From the NCBI GenBank assembly GCA_965277285.1, contig OZ255721.1, positions 288,001 to 352,000 of the forward strand: a stretch of DNA of 64,000 bases, given 5' to 3'. This stretch comes from Abditibacteriaceae bacterium. Lineage in GTDB: Bacteria > Armatimonadota > Abditibacteriia > Abditibacteriales > Abditibacteriaceae. Both the position numbers and the translations under genes were made by a program. Position 1 is the stretch's first letter. Each line of letters opens with the position of its first letter. The notes below the pieces were generated by a model. That model was given only the letters and a program-made list of their open reading frames with translations, had not been told where the DNA came from and did not search any database. This document shows positions 1-11,354 of this stretch, one piece after another.

Positions 1-1328
1 TCGGCAAACGGGTCGATGATGCCGCTCGAATCGGGAATCTGCTCCATGCCGTCAAAAGGCAAAAACCCGACGTGCGGAAAGCGCAGCGTTTTGTCCGCGT
101 TCGGCCAGCCGGAAAAGGCGCCCGAGGAATTAAATCCCAATTGGCGTACTCGATTGATGGTTTGCGTCGCAAAACTTTCGCTGTTCCACGGCTGGCCAAA
201 CTTGCGAATCCAGTTCGTCGCATAAAACGAAAACGACGAACCGCCATCAATGAAGGCCGAACTGAACTCGCCTCCATTGGGCGGTAGCCAATCGAACTTA
301 TTGCTGCGCCCCGAAACCAAAGTGTAGGAATCGCCCGCGCCGCCCAGCGAACACAAACCCAGTTGAAAAAATAAGTTGCCGTCGGGATCGACCAGAACCG
401 GTAAAACGCCGCGCTTGGCGTCTTTGATTTTGTCGATGTGGAAGAAGCCGGTTTTCTTTAATCCCAGCTTTTGGCCGCTGCCTGGCAAGCCGCCGTAAAC
501 GTCGCGCGCGGGCGCTTGAAAGCTCGCGTAATAAGTTTTGTCTTTGCCAACATCGGCTTTCAGTTGATCTTCGCTCGTCACTTTGTCGGAAAAATCAACC
601 AGTTTCGATTGGCCGAATTTGTCGACGATTTGCGATGGTAAAACCGGCGCCGGTGCGCCTCCAGCGACATCTTCCAACTGAAAGGTGAAATTCGTTTTGC
701 TGGCGTCGCGCGCCATGTCGTAAAAATAAATCCACTCGAAGGTTTGATTGTTGTTCCAGAAGCGGTCGTCTTCCAATTGCTGCCAGTTGTGCGGCGCCGC
801 AATCGCCAAAATCTGGCCCAGCCTGGTCGTCATTTCAAAACGAGCCGCCTCGCCGCGCCAAATCGAATCGCCATTTGGCCCCGCCTTCAAGTCGAGAGGA
901 AACGGCGTTGCCTTGCCATCGAAAGTCGCTTCGCCGCCGTCGCGCAGGGAAAACGGCACAGCCGAACGAAACACGATGTTCTTGGCCGACGCCGAATGCT
1001 GCGCGTAATCAACCATGATCGCCTGATTCGCGTTATCCACATTGACGTTGATAATCGTGCCGTCGAAGAACTTGTAAGTGGCGGTTTGCGCGTCTTTGGC
1101 GGTGCGCGACACGAGCGGAACATCGGCGCCATCCGCATTTTTCAGCGTCGGCGCGCCCAGCGTAAAGGCGCCCAACGCACCGGCGCTGATTTGGACGCCG
1201 TTGTCCGCCAGCGAAAGCGTTGCTGGAGCTGCATTCGCGCGCAAAGTGAAGCCGCACAGCAGCGCCAGCAGCAAAGCGGAAAAAACTCGAGATGCGCAAC
1301 GAAACGGGGAAAAGAAGTTGGTAGTCAT
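1..1328 (-). CDS. Secreted glycoside hydrolase, GH50 (beta-agarase-like); 3' end runs off the window
   Basis: Manual translation from the ATG at 1328 (absent from the ORF track because it is open at the edge): signal peptide MTTNFF...LLLALLCGFTLRANA, then VDKFGQ, DVYGG, TGFFH, LVDPDGNLFFQLG and RVRQLGFNS motifs typical of GH50. Confidence 0.7.
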   Translation of the reverse strand, partial: MTTNFFSPFRCASRVFSALLLALLCGFTLRANAAPATLSLADNGVQISAGALGAFTLGAPTLKNADGADVPLVSRTAKDAQTATYKFFDGTIINVNVDNANQAIMVDYAQHSASAKNIVFRSAVPFSLRDGGEATFDGKATPFPLDLKAGPNGDSIWRGEAARFEMTTRLGQILAIAAPHNWQQLEDDRFWNNNQTFEWIYFYDMARDASKTNFTFQLEDVAGGAPAPVLPSQIVDKFGQSKLVDFSDKVTSEDQLKADVGKDKTYYASFQAPARDVYGGLPGSGQKLGLKKTGFFHIDKIKDAKRGVLPVLVDPDGNLFFQLGLCSLGGAGDSYTLVSGRSNKFDWLPPNGGEFSSAFIDGGSSFSFYATNWIRKFGQPWNSESFATQTINRVRQLGFNSSGAFSGWPNADKTLRFPHVGFLPFDGMEQIPDSSGIIDPFA

Positions 1329-1390
1329 AGGTTGGGATTTTGTGGATTCACGACAAGTCGCCTCATTGATAAGCTACTGCATCAAACTCG

Positions 1391-1464
1391 CAGTTTGTCA
1401 TTCTGAGCAAAGCGAAGAATCTACCTGTAAGTAGATTCTTCGCTTTGCTCAGAATGACAAACTG
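1391..1464. repeat. REP-like hairpin, GTCATTCTGAG..GCGAAGAATCT family (34-bp perfect stem)
   Basis: cagtttgtcattctgagcaaagcgaagaatctac-ctgtaa-gtagattcttcgctttgctcagaatgacaaactg; sister copy at 42188-42257. Confidence 0.9.
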
Positions 1465-1574
1465 GTAACTTCGAGCTTCTCGTTGTACTTATGAGATGAC
1501 TGCTGTTCGAGTACTCGATGTCAGGATTTTGCGGCGTTCGATGTCACCGCAAAATTCTTGCGCCACGGCTTCAT

Positions 1575-3689
1575 TCACGAGCGCGCCTTCGGTTGCGACA
1601 ACGAAGCCGTGCCGATCTTGGTGACAGGTTTTGTTGTGGTCGGCAGGTTCACGGTTGCGGTTCCATTGCGGCGTGCTGTCGTGATAGGGTCAAAGAAGAT
1701 TCCGCTGAGAGCCGGATTTGTCCACGGACTTGTCACACTGACGCGGAAGATGATGTGTCCCTGAACGTTCCACACCAGATATTTGCCGTTGACATAAGTG
1801 TTCAGGTCTTGCGTGTCGAGAACTGCGCCCGTCGCCGCATCGAGTACTTGAATATCTTCGCTGCGCCCGTTCACGTCCCAATCCAGGCCGTACAAAGCGA
1901 CCTGATGCGTCGCGCCATCGGTCAGGTTGCAATCCAAGTCGTAGCTTTTGTCGTTGGTGCCCCATTGTCCCGTGATGCGATCTGCGTTGCCTCCGTCGGC
2001 CTTTTGCGGGGCGCGCACGTCCGAAGTCAGGCCGTTTCCGTTCCATATCACCTGCCAACCCGTGCGGTTGACCGTTCCATAAGCGGGCGGTTTGGTGGCG
2101 TCGCCCGCGATTATAAAGCCGTCCGCGCCGTAGACACCCTTCCAACTGCCCTGCGTTTTGGTGTCGGTTTTTATAAAAGCAGCGAAAGTACCGGCGGCCT
2201 TGCTGACGCTGATACTGGCGAGTTTGAAGCTGCCTTTATCCAAGACCCATTTCAAAGTATGCCCGCCGCTCGACAAAATCGCGGGCAACGTTGCCGAAAC
2301 GGTCACGAACCCGTTTTGAGTACTCGATTTGGACGCTGTCACGCTTCCCGTTAAATTAGCGCCTTTTTCGTCTTCGACATGGAAAGTCGCACCCGTCGGC
2401 GTGATGCCGCGAAAGCTGAAATTGTAGTGTCCCCCAGTTGGAATCTGAACGTTGTATTTGTACCACGCGCTGCCGCTAAGTGTTTTGCCTTGTCCGCCGA
2501 TGTTGTAATCGGTCGCTTTGATGGTGCCAGGCAGAATTTGCGGAGCGGTGCGAGCGGTTTCTCCGTCGCCGCTGATGTAAACGCGGCTGTAATTCCATTC
2601 GTAGTACTTGCCGGCGAACGCCGTAGCAGGCAGTTCTTTATTGACCGAACCGATTTGGTTGTGACCCCAACCGGCGTCGAAGAGGAAATCCATGTTGATC
2701 GGTTCATCGGTCGCCGTGTTGCCGTATGTCCAGAAGTAATTGGAGCCGCCTTGCACGCGGATGCCATCGATATACATCGCATAGGTGTTGTCTTTTTTAT
2801 AAACCCAAGTCCAGATGTGATACTTGGTGGCGTCATACGATTTGATGCCTTTGGCGGCCATGGTGCCGCCCCAATCCCAAAAGTTCCAATCGTCTTTGCT
2901 GGGGCTGGCGACCGCGTTGGAATGCCAAAAACGCCCATCGTAATTGGTGTTGTTGTTACCGTTATCGTAGCCGAAACTTTCCACCAGGTCTTGCTCAGCG
3001 CCCTGACCATTTTTGCCATCCCACTTCCATTTGTTGCCCGCCGTCCAGATGGCGAACCAGAAATAAGGCGGCGTGACGTAGCGCACGCGCGTTTCCCATA
3101 AGATGTCGCGTCCCAGCAAAGAACCGCCATTTGGCAAGCGCCACTTTGCCATGAACGAGCCGTTGCCCGCGTTGTGATTCCAAACCTGAACTTTGGTGAC
3201 CTTGTTGAGAGGAGTCAGAAACGTCAGCAACGAATCTGGCGTGAATTTGCGCACCGTGGGGCTGTTGACGCCTTCAAGCGGCTGGCCTCCTGTGGAATTA
3301 GCAAAGTCTGGCGCCACTGTGTTCGAGCCATATTTGCCGCCGTTGTTGATGGTGCCGAACTGGTCGTGATAGTAAAAGTTGGCGCTCATATCGGCGTAAT
3401 TGCGGATCGTGCCGCTCGTGCCGAAATGCCAGTTCTTCACCAAAACCATGCTCGGGCCACCCAATCCAAACGAAGGCGGCGGCCCGACTGCGGGATTGGT
3501 GACCGTTCCGCCGCCAATGGTTTCGGTTTGCGCCGGAGCCGCAGACACCGACAACAGCAGCAACGCGGCACAACACGGCAACGCTGTACTAAAAGCTTTG
3601 CCCAGCGCGGTTGGGGCGTGCTGCGACAACGACGAACATCGACTGGCGAAGCGAGTTTGTTCCGCTTCCTGCTTTGGTGTGAAAGACAT
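1575..3689 (-). CDS. Secreted GH16-like hydrolase with a CBM6-like module and a C-terminal beta domain
   Basis: 704 aa; signal peptide; WFAIW and EQDLVE (ExDxxE GH16 catalytic motif); PGTIKATDYN..WYKYNV CBM6-like region. Confidence 0.6.
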   Translation of the reverse strand: MSFTPKQEAEQTRFASRCSSLSQHAPTALGKAFSTALPCCAALLLLSVSAAPAQTETIGGGTVTNPAVGPPPSFGLGGPSMVLVKNWHFGTSGTIRNYADMSANFYYHDQFGTINNGGKYGSNTVAPDFANSTGGQPLEGVNSPTVRKFTPDSLLTFLTPLNKVTKVQVWNHNAGNGSFMAKWRLPNGGSLLGRDILWETRVRYVTPPYFWFAIWTAGNKWKWDGKNGQGAEQDLVESFGYDNGNNNTNYDGRFWHSNAVASPSKDDWNFWDWGGTMAAKGIKSYDATKYHIWTWVYKKDNTYAMYIDGIRVQGGSNYFWTYGNTATDEPINMDFLFDAGWGHNQIGSVNKELPATAFAGKYYEWNYSRVYISGDGETARTAPQILPGTIKATDYNIGGQGKTLSGSAWYKYNVQIPTGGHYNFSFRGITPTGATFHVEDEKGANLTGSVTASKSSTQNGFVTVSATLPAILSSGGHTLKWVLDKGSFKLASISVSKAAGTFAAFIKTDTKTQGSWKGVYGADGFIIAGDATKPPAYGTVNRTGWQVIWNGNGLTSDVRAPQKADGGNADRITGQWGTNDKSYDLDCNLTDGATHQVALYGLDWDVNGRSEDIQVLDAATGAVLDTQDLNTYVNGKYLVWNVQGHIIFRVSVTSPWTNPALSGIFFDPITTARRNGTATVNLPTTTKPVTKIGTASLSQPKARS

Positions 3690-4107
3690 TTTTTCCTTGA
3701 AAGTAATTCAACAAATCGCCGAACGAAAATATGCGTTCGGTTGGTGGCTGCGCAGCTTCACGAAAAAGGCGCGCTGAGTAATTACAAAAAACTTCTGAAA
3801 CGATGTGTGCAGAATCGAGTACTCGAATGGCATTATGTGGCATCGTTCGACCAATGGTAACGGCGTGTTTCTCCTTCACTTCGCCACATGGCGGAACAGA
3901 ACGAACCTATTCAATCGAGAGGTTGCGCAGGCGAGTGGGGCAGCGCAGCGTGCGCAAAAGCTTCGTGCAGCGCTTGTTTTTGTTCGCCTCTCAGCGCGCC
4001 TGGCGTGGCGGAAACGAAAAGCGGCGTGCCGTTGCGCACCAACAAATCGAGTCACTGGCGATTGAGATTCCAGGGAATTTGATTCGTCAGGATAGAACGT
4101 GTGCGAT

Positions 4108-4887
4108 TTAATTCCAACGGTTCTGGCTCAAATCTGCCGAGCCAGCGGCAGCACCAGGACTAACCACGTCGCAATTTGGGCTGTAGCCAAACTGCCAACA
4201 CACATCGCTGCTGACCGTTGATTGATCAAAGAAGCCGCCCCACATATTAAATGGCTGCGTGGTGGCGCTGGGCTTCATCGCTTTGACATGACCATCGGCA
4301 AACAGGAAGTTGGCCGTTCCCAAATGACCTTGAAATCCGTTATTGGCCATCAGATCCCATTCGGCAGGCCCCGTCCAATTGGGAAAGCCCGAACCGTAAT
4401 AATTATCGCCTGTATCCGACACCATTATTTTCTGGGAAGGCGACATCAAATAGGCCAGAGTGACGTTTCCCAAGATGGGGTAGAGCGCCAAAACGCGAGG
4501 ATTGGCGCCATAGGAAAAAGGGATTTGCACCGGATCTGTGCCGCCATCCTCGACAACGCCGTCCGCCGAGTTGGAAGGGCACTTAAAGATTTGCACGCTC
4601 TTGAGAAAGGGCTGAACCATCTGCTCCCAGTTGCGGCTGTCATTGCCCGCCAAGCCATTCCTGAAATGAGGGTACGTTTCGTCATACTCCTGCGTGTACT
4701 GCATGATCGCCAGCCCTATTTGCTTCAGGTTGGAACCGCAACTGGCACGGCGGGCGCTTTCGCGCGCTTTGGCGAAGGCCGGAAATAAAATCGCCGCCAG
4801 AATCGCTATGATGGCGATGACGACCAGCAACTCGATCAACGTGAAACCTTGACAACGCTTTGGAGAATGGCGGGGAAAAGTAAACAT
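4108..4887 (-). CDS. Prepilin-type N-terminal cleavage/methylation protein with DUF1559 and H-X9-DG motif
   Basis: [48 protein letters not shown]. Confidence 0.92.
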   Translation of the reverse strand: MFTFPRHSPKRCQGFTLIELLVVIAIIAILAAILFPAFAKARESARRASCGSNLKQIGLAIMQYTQEYDETYPHFRNGLAGNDSRNWEQMVQPFLKSVQIFKCPSNSADGVVEDGGTDPVQIPFSYGANPRVLALYPILGNVTLAYLMSPSQKIMVSDTGDNYYGSGFPNWTGPAEWDLMANNGFQGHLGTANFLFADGHVKAMKPSATTQPFNMWGGFFDQSTVSSDVCWQFGYSPNCDVVSPGAAAGSADLSQNRWN

Positions 4888-5096
4888 AAGAGGACTCCGT
4901 AACGAACAGAATGAAAACAGAAGAATGCTGTCCCATGTTATACGCCGCGCGTTTCGGAAAGAATTGTTGCTCCAGTCAGCTATCGAGTACTCGAATCGCT
5001 CTTACCAACGCTTTTTTGATGCAAGACATGAACTGACCACGATGGACAATTCGCTGTTGTCGATTGTTGAAACTTTCGGCATCTCCCCTTTTGAAA

Positions 5097-6170
5097 TCAG
5101 GTAGCGCGCGGCGTCACGACGGATTGGCGTTGCATAAAGCGCACGGGCACGACTTTGCAGCATTCATGCGCCGGTTTTCCTGTTTTCAATTCGACCCACG
5201 CTTGCACTGCCAAGCGTCCCACTTCTTCGTAGCCGAAACCGATGCTGCTCAAGCCGCGATGCGCTGCTTCGGCCATGTTATCGACGCCGACAATGGAAAA
5301 ATCTTCAGGGATTTTTAAACCTGCCGCCTCGACCATGTCCCACAATTGAAGCGCGATATGGTCGCCGCAAATAACGCCTGTAATATTCTGCCGCAAGAGA
5401 AACTCGACCATGTCGGGAAACAATTGCCAGTCCATTCCCAAAGCGCGCACAATATGGGCTTCGCTTTGGTCCCCACAAAACTCGGCGGCAAATTGGCGAA
5501 AATAACGCTCGCGCTCGATGTCGTCGAAGTGATCGTGAATTCCAGGCCGCTCAATCTCCGCAGCCACTTCCGCTTTCTGCGTCAGCGAAGGGTTCACCAA
5601 CAAAGCCAATCGCGTATGACCTTGCTCGGCCAAACAGTGAACCGCCAGGCGCATCACTTCCTCGTTATCGGGATCGACCCACGCCATGCCCGCGGGCACA
5701 TCGCGCCGGTAGCAAACCACAATCGGCACGGCTTGCTCGATCAGCAGTTCAAACATTTCCTGCCATTCGCCACAACGCGGGCTGAGAACGATGAAGCCAT
5801 CGCTGCGACGATCCAAAAAGCGCACGATCTGCCGATTCACCATCCAATCGGCTTCATCGCGCAACATAATCAACACGTCATAACCATGACGCCGCGATTC
5901 CTGGCACAAGCCTTCCAAAGTCAAACTATCGATCCGGTTATGAGGCACTTCCAAATCGTGCGGCACATAACCGATCGTGCTCGTCTCGACGTGACGATTT
6001 TGGAACGAAGAACGCGTCGGCACGTAATTCAACTCGCGCAACGAAGCCAAAACCCGCTCATAGGTTTCCGAATTCACCAAATGCTTGCGGCCTCGCACCA
6101 CGCGAGACACCGTCATCGCCGAAACATTCGCGTGCTTGGCCACTTGGGCAATCGAAACTCTGTTCTCCAT
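5097..6170 (-). CDS. LacI-family transcriptional regulator
   Basis: SIAQVAKHANVSAMTVSRVV HTH; IPEDFSIVGVDN sugar-binding domain. Confidence 0.93.
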   Translation of the reverse strand: MENRVSIAQVAKHANVSAMTVSRVVRGRKHLVNSETYERVLASLRELNYVPTRSSFQNRHVETSTIGYVPHDLEVPHNRIDSLTLEGLCQESRRHGYDVLIMLRDEADWMVNRQIVRFLDRRSDGFIVLSPRCGEWQEMFELLIEQAVPIVVCYRRDVPAGMAWVDPDNEEVMRLAVHCLAEQGHTRLALLVNPSLTQKAEVAAEIERPGIHDHFDDIERERYFRQFAAEFCGDQSEAHIVRALGMDWQLFPDMVEFLLRQNITGVICGDHIALQLWDMVEAAGLKIPEDFSIVGVDNMAEAAHRGLSSIGFGYEEVGRLAVQAWVELKTGKPAHECCKVVPVRFMQRQSVVTPRAT

Positions 6171-6431
6171 GTTATTATAACTATACCCCGATCAAGGTTT
6201 TTTCAAACATTCAAACGCTTGGCCTGAATGAGAATTCGATTGAAGCCGTGTGGAAAAACGGGGTATCGAGTACTCGATTGTGGCGCGCTTTGTTTTGCGT
6301 TGGAAAACTGCGTTCAATGTGGCGGAAACGTTCGCCGATTAAACTTGTGCTGTGGCAAGGGAACGAATACGCGCGTTCGCTGTCTTTAACTGCGCAACGA
6401 CACCTTTCATCCCTTTCACAGAGGCGACACG

Positions 6432-7070
6432 ATGTGGCAAAAGTTTACCGAACGAGCGCGTCGTGTCATTTTATTGGCGCAGGAAGAAGCCGGCAAGATG
6501 GGCAGCGGCCACGTCGGGACTGAGCATTTACTGTTGGGTTTAGTCGGTGAAGAAACGTGTGTTGCTGCTTCGGTGTTACGTGCCAACGGCGTTTTTACGA
6601 GCGATGTCCGTGAAGAGATCAGCGAACGGGTTCCCAAACGTCGTATTCTTTCCGAGCCGAAACTGACGCCCAATGCGAAACGAGTACTCGAACTGGCCGC
6701 CAATGAAGCGCGGCTTATGCAGCACAACTACATCGGAACCGAGCATTTATTGTTGTCTTTGATACGAGAAGAAAAAGGCGAAGCGGCGAAAGTGTTGCAT
6801 AGTCTTGGCTTAAGTTTGGAAACGCTGCACCAAGAAGTCATGCAGTATTTGGGCGATCCAACAGAAACTTCTGAAGTCTCTGAATTGGAAAGCATCGGGA
6901 AATTGCAGATGGATCGCAAGGTTTTGAACGCTGCCAAAGATTGGGCGATTGATGAAGACAATTACGATTTAGCTTCGCTGTTGCGTGATGCCGTAGAAAT
7001 GATGGACGAGCGCATCAGAGTAGCGAGAATAAAGCAGGACAACCAAAACGCAAACTCCGAAGGAGATTGA
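6432..7070 (+). CDS. Stand-alone Clp N-terminal repeat domain plus UVR/M-domain-like motif, no AAA+ module
   Basis: Two GTEHLLL Clp repeats nearly identical to the N-terminus of the downstream ClpC; C-terminal AKDWAIDEDNYDLASLLRD resembles Clp[20 protein letters not shown]. Confidence 0.85.
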   Translation: MWQKFTERARRVILLAQEEAGKMGSGHVGTEHLLLGLVGEETCVAASVLRANGVFTSDVREEISERVPKRRILSEPKLTPNAKRVLELAANEARLMQHNYIGTEHLLLSLIREEKGEAAKVLHSLGLSLETLHQEVMQYLGDPTETSEVSELESIGKLQMDRKVLNAAKDWAIDEDNYDLASLLRDAVEMMDERIRVARIKQDNQNANSEGD

Positions 7071-7073
7071 GAT

Positions 7074-9701
7074 ATGTGGCAAAAATTTACCGAACGGGCG
7101 CGGCGCGTCATTTTGCTGGGGCAGGAAGAAGCCGGCAAAATGGGCAGCGGCCACGTCGGGACTGAGCACTTACTTTTGGGCCTGGTCAGCGAAAGCGAAG
7201 GTGTCGCTTCTCAGGTCTTGCAAAAGATGGGCGTCAGCCTGAGCAAAGTGCGCGAGCAGATCAACGATGAAGCCGAAACCGGCGAAGGCGAAAGCACCGG
7301 CAGCGAGCCGAAACTGACGCCCAAAGCCAAACGAGTACTCGAACTCGCGGCGGATGAAGCGCGCCGCATGCGCCACAACTACATCGGAACTGAACATTTG
7401 CTGCTGGCACTGTTGCGCGAAAAAGATGGATTGGCCGCCAAAGTTCTGCGCAAAATGGGCTTGAATCTGGACAAGGTGCGCACGCAAGTCATGGAGTATC
7501 TGGGCACTGATCCGGCGGAAACGCCAGCGGGAAGTTCGGGCAGCCCGTCGGATAAATCGAAAACGGGACGCAGCACGACTCCAGCACTGGACAGTTTTGG
7601 CCGCGACATCAACCAACTGGCGATAGAAGGCAAGCTTGATCCGGTCATTGGTCGCCAGCCGCAGATTGATCGCACGATCCAGATTTTGTGCAGGCGCACC
7701 AAGAACAATCCCGTTTTGGTTGGCGAACCTGGCGTTGGCAAAACCGCGATTGTCGAAGGTTTGGCGCAGCGCATCATTTCGCGCGATGTGCCCGAACCGT
7801 TGTTGGATAAGCGCATCGTCGCGCTGGACTTGGCGAGTGTCGTTGCAGGAACCAAATATCGCGGCGAGTTTGAAGAGCGCATGAAGCGCATTATGGCCGA
7901 GATTCGCGCCAGCAATGGCAAAATCATCGTCTTCATTGATGAGCTTCACACTATCATCGGTGCGGGAGCGGCAGAAGGCGCCATTGACGCCAGCAATATG
8001 TTGAAGCCAGCTCTGGCGCGCGGCGAAATGCGCTGCATCGGCGCTACGACGTTGGATGAATACCGCAAATACATCGAAAAAAGCGGCGCACTGGAACGGC
8101 GTTTCCAGATGGTTCTGGTGCCGGAACCGACAAGTGAAGACGCACTGGAAATCATGAAAGGCTTGCGCCCGAAATACGAAGATTTCCACCACGTCAAGAT
8201 TACCGACGAAGCCTTGAAAGAAGCTGTCGATTTGTCGCAGCGTTACATCACGGCGCGCCAACTTCCCGACAAGGCGATTGACTTGATCGACGAAGCCGGA
8301 AGCCGTGTCAAGTTGCAAATCGCTTTGCCGCCCAAAGAAATCCGCGAATTGCAGCGCGAGTTGGATGAAGTCAATGCGGAAAAGGAAGAAGCGGTCGAGA
8401 TCGAAAACTTCGAGAAAGCCGCCGAACTGCGCGAACGCAGCGACAGTTTGAAGGAAAAACTCGAAGCCGCCGAAGCTGCTTGGCAGGAATCGCGCGCTGA
8501 AGATGATGTGCAGCCGACCGTGACCGATGACGACATCGCGCACATCGTCAGCGAATGGACGGGCGTTCCAGTGCGTCGCCTGACCGAGGAAGAAACCGCC
8601 AAGTTGTTGCGCATGGAAGACGAAATGCATCAGCGCGTAATTGGCCAGGATGAAGCCGTCAAAGTCGTCTCGAAAGCGGTTCGTCGCGGTCGCGCTGGAC
8701 TCAAAGACCCGAAGCGGCCGGTCGGCGTCTTCATGTTCGTCGGGCCAACGGGCGTCGGCAAAACGGAAATGGCGCGCAGCTTGGCCGACTTCTTGTTTGG
8801 CGACGAGCAAGCCTTGATTCGCATCGACATGAGCGAGTACTCGGAACACTTCAACGTGTCGCGTATGTTGGGTTCGCCTCCAGGTTATGTCGGTTACGAT
8901 GAAGGCGGGCAGTTGACCGAAGCGGTGCGTCGCCGTCCTTATTCGGTTGTGTTGTTCGATGAAATTGAGAAAGCGCATCCCGAGATTTTCAACACGCTGT
9001 TGCAGATTTTCGATGACGGGCGCTTGACGGACGCGCAAGGTCGCACTGTCGACTTCAAGAACACGATCTTGATTATGACGAGCAACGTCGGAACCGGCGA
9101 TGCGGTGAAAAGCGTTGGTTTCCGCAAAACCGGCATCGAGGGCGACGAAGAAGCCGCCAACCGCGAAATGAAGTCGAAGGTCATGGAGGCTTACACCAAG
9201 CTGTTTCGACCCGAGTTTCGCAACCGTTTGGACGAAGTGATCGTGTTCCATCACCTCGACCAAGCGGAGATTTTGCAGATCGTCGATTTGATGGCGAAGC
9301 GCGTCACCAAAGAACTGGCAAACCGCGGCATGACGCTGGAATTGTTGCCCGCCGCGAAAGAATTGTTGTCGAAGGAAGGTTACGACCGCGCGTTTGGTGC
9401 GCGTCCTCTGCGCCGCGCCATTCAACGCTTGATCGAAGACCCGCTGGCCGAACGGTTGTTGATGAAAGATTTTAAGGAAGGCGACACGATTTACGTGGAC
9501 GCGCAAAACGGCGAAACCGTCTTCACCAACCAGAAGCCTGAAGGCTCGATCAGCGAAGCCGATGTCGCGGAAGTGGCCGCAGCGATTCAAGTCGCGGAAC
9601 CGGTTGCGGAAGTTGAAGAAGTCGCGGTTTCAAGCGAAGTCAAAGACGAAACGCCGCCTTCGCCCGAAGACCAGGATCGCCTGTCGAAAATGATGGAGTA
9701 A
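7074..9701 (+). CDS. clpC: ATP-dependent Clp protease ATP-binding subunit ClpC
   Basis: Clp N repeats, GEPGVGKT and GPTGVGKT Walker A motifs, UVR middle domain, VGF ClpP-docking loop. Confidence 0.95.
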   Translation: MWQKFTERARRVILLGQEEAGKMGSGHVGTEHLLLGLVSESEGVASQVLQKMGVSLSKVREQINDEAETGEGESTGSEPKLTPKAKRVLELAADEARRMRHNYIGTEHLLLALLREKDGLAAKVLRKMGLNLDKVRTQVMEYLGTDPAETPAGSSGSPSDKSKTGRSTTPALDSFGRDINQLAIEGKLDPVIGRQPQIDRTIQILCRRTKNNPVLVGEPGVGKTAIVEGLAQRIISRDVPEPLLDKRIVALDLASVVAGTKYRGEFEERMKRIMAEIRASNGKIIVFIDELHTIIGAGAAEGAIDASNMLKPALARGEMRCIGATTLDEYRKYIEKSGALERRFQMVLVPEPTSEDALEIMKGLRPKYEDFHHVKITDEALKEAVDLSQRYITARQLPDKAIDLIDEAGSRVKLQIALPPKEIRELQRELDEVNAEKEEAVEIENFEKAAELRERSDSLKEKLEAAEAAWQESRAEDDVQPTVTDDDIAHIVSEWTGVPVRRLTEEETAKLLRMEDEMHQRVIGQDEAVKVVSKAVRRGRAGLKDPKRPVGVFMFVGPTGVGKTEMARSLADFLFGDEQALIRIDMSEYSEHFNVSRMLGSPPGYVGYDEGGQLTEAVRRRPYSVVLFDEIEKAHPEIFNTLLQIFDDGRLTDAQGRTVDFKNTILIMTSNVGTGDAVKSVGFRKTGIEGDEEAANREMKSKVMEAYTKLFRPEFRNRLDEVIVFHHLDQAEILQIVDLMAKRVTKELANRGMTLELLPAAKELLSKEGYDRAFGARPLRRAIQRLIEDPLAERLLMKDFKEGDTIYVDAQNGETVFTNQKPEGSISEADVAEVAAAIQVAEPVAEVEEVAVSSEVKDETPPSPEDQDRLSKMME

Positions 9702-9710
9702 GTTCGTTGT

Positions 9711-9757
9711 AAACCAAAGCCGCATCGAGTACTCGAAACTCGATGCGGCTTTGGTTT
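9711..9757. terminator. Bidirectional intrinsic terminator built around the palindrome
   Basis: aaaccaaagccgcatcgagt-actcgaa-actcgatgcggctttggttt, 20-bp stem between convergent genes. Confidence 0.85.
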
Positions 9758-10538
9758 ATCTATTTTGTGCGCAAGAAAAGCCGAGGTTCGACAGCAGTTT
9801 GCACTTATCGCATTTGAAGTCGAACTTGTGGTGCAAAGTTTCTGGGAGCAGCCATTCGCCGTCGCAAGACGGACATTTGCGCACGCGTTCCTGTTTGGCG
9901 CTTTTGCCGTAATAACGATGCAAATAGTAATACGTCGGCGTGTTCATCGCTTGCGAAATGACATCGCAAATTTCGCGTCCGCGTTTGGAAAGGCTGCTGT
10001 CGAAGTATCCCATTTCGCGCAATCCGAAACGTTCGCCCGTCGCGCAGTGCAACTGCAATGTATCGCACGCCTGATAATCGTTTTGCCAACCCAGAACTTG
10101 CTCTTGAATTTCGCCTGACTTTGCAGTTCCAGCCGGTATTTTGTAAAGCGGAATCGGATCGAAGCAATCGCCGCAACGAAGCGATGGTTCAAGTGACAAG
10201 AAAGTTGTAAACAGAATCAGGAAACTACAAGCAGAGCAAGAGCACATATTACAGCTATCCAAATCTTTTCCCAGAATGCTTACTGATGGCGATTCTAAAC
10301 CGGCTTTTGTCAAACGTTGCAGACTGCTTGTGACATAGAAGCCGTTGTTTGTGACCTCGAGAGAAGTTTGTTCCGGTAGCAGGAGAAATGCGCACAGGCC
10401 GTCTTTCTCGATAACAGACGGAAAATCGCGTCCCAAAATTTGGCCGTTCTTGTGCCACGAAGCCAGCAAATCTTGAAATTGCCATAGTTCATCTGATAAA
10501 TCGCCCTTCTGCTGAAGTTGAACTTCCGCAATATACAT
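9756..10538 (-). CDS. Zn-ribbon-containing protein (DUF2310-like)
   Basis: Likely start MYIAEV at 10538 (GAGGA upstream); CGDC, CPSC, FDFKCDKCKLLSN, PTYYYLHR motifs. Confidence 0.8.
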   Translation of the reverse strand: MYIAEVQLQQKGDLSDELWQFQDLLASWHKNGQILGRDFPSVIEKDGLCAFLLLPEQTSLEVTNNGFYVTSSLQRLTKAGLESPSVSILGKDLDSCNMCSCSACSFLILFTTFLSLEPSLRCGDCFDPIPLYKIPAGTAKSGEIQEQVLGWQNDYQACDTLQLHCATGERFGLREMGYFDSSLSKRGREICDVISQAMNTPTYYYLHRYYGKSAKQERVRKCPSCDGEWLLPETLHHKFDFKCDKCKLLSNLGFSCAQNR

Positions 10539-10859
10539 AATGGTCGCTTCCTCTTTATCGAGTACTCGATACGATTTTTCACATAACTTAACCGATTGTT
10601 CCAGTTTGGAGGTATTGCGCGAAATGGCGAAAAGGTGGCAGAATAAAAGCGAGAAAGCATCTTGTATCGCGTTGTGTTTTGCAAGCGACAGAAGCCTTTT
10701 TTGCGATTTGATAATCTGAAACATACGAACCTTTGGCGTATTCTTTGCCATCTTGGATAACGCCTTTCCTCGACGTTCTCGTTCCTGCTTTTGCCGTTGC
10801 AACATCATGCTTTGCAGTTGTTACCATGGCAGCCGTCGTTGCAGCCAAGGAGTCGCTCC

Positions 10860-11336
10860 ATGAAGAAGAGTTTGTCCTCGTCCTCGAAGTCATCTCGAAA
10901 TTCGTCCCCAGTCTTATTATCGCCCGCCAATCCTTCGTCTTCTGCTCGAAGCGATTCCGGCGCAGACGCTTCTGGCGCAGATGCACAAATCCGCGATTGC
11001 ATTGCGCAATCGGAAATCTTTTGCGCACAGGCGCGCGAAGCCGCTCGCTGCAAACGTTTCGACGCAGCGCGCGGACTTTTTTCCACCGCCGTTACATTAT
11101 GTCGCCGTGCCTTAACGTCCTTCGGCGACAGCGACAAAGCGTCAAATCCTTCGCACCTCACCCTCAAGCGTCACTTGGATTACATTCTTTCCGAAATGGC
11201 GGCTCACACGCAACTCGCGCGCAGTATGCAGCGACCGATGCATTCTCCCCTCAAAATCCAAACCGACGCACCCAACACTTTTCCCTCCAACAACCGCACT
11301 TCGAGTACTCGAATTCCCAAGCGCCCGCATTTTTGA
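10860..11336 (+). CDS. Hypothetical protein
   Basis: AAGGAG 7 nt before the ATG at 10860; Ser-rich N-terminus and a helical core. Confidence 0.5.
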   Translation: MKKSLSSSSKSSRNSSPVLLSPANPSSSARSDSGADASGADAQIRDCIAQSEIFCAQAREAARCKRFDAARGLFSTAVTLCRRALTSFGDSDKASNPSHLTLKRHLDYILSEMAAHTQLARSMQRPMHSPLKIQTDAPNTFPSNNRTSSTRIPKRPHF

Positions 11337-11354
11337 ACGCTGTAAACTTGGTTC

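Noticed and set aside
7170..9590. 806-aa antisense ORF, and similar long ORFs at 57190-58797, 19896-21146 and 37516-38190
   Set aside because: Shadow frames opposite well-supported genes
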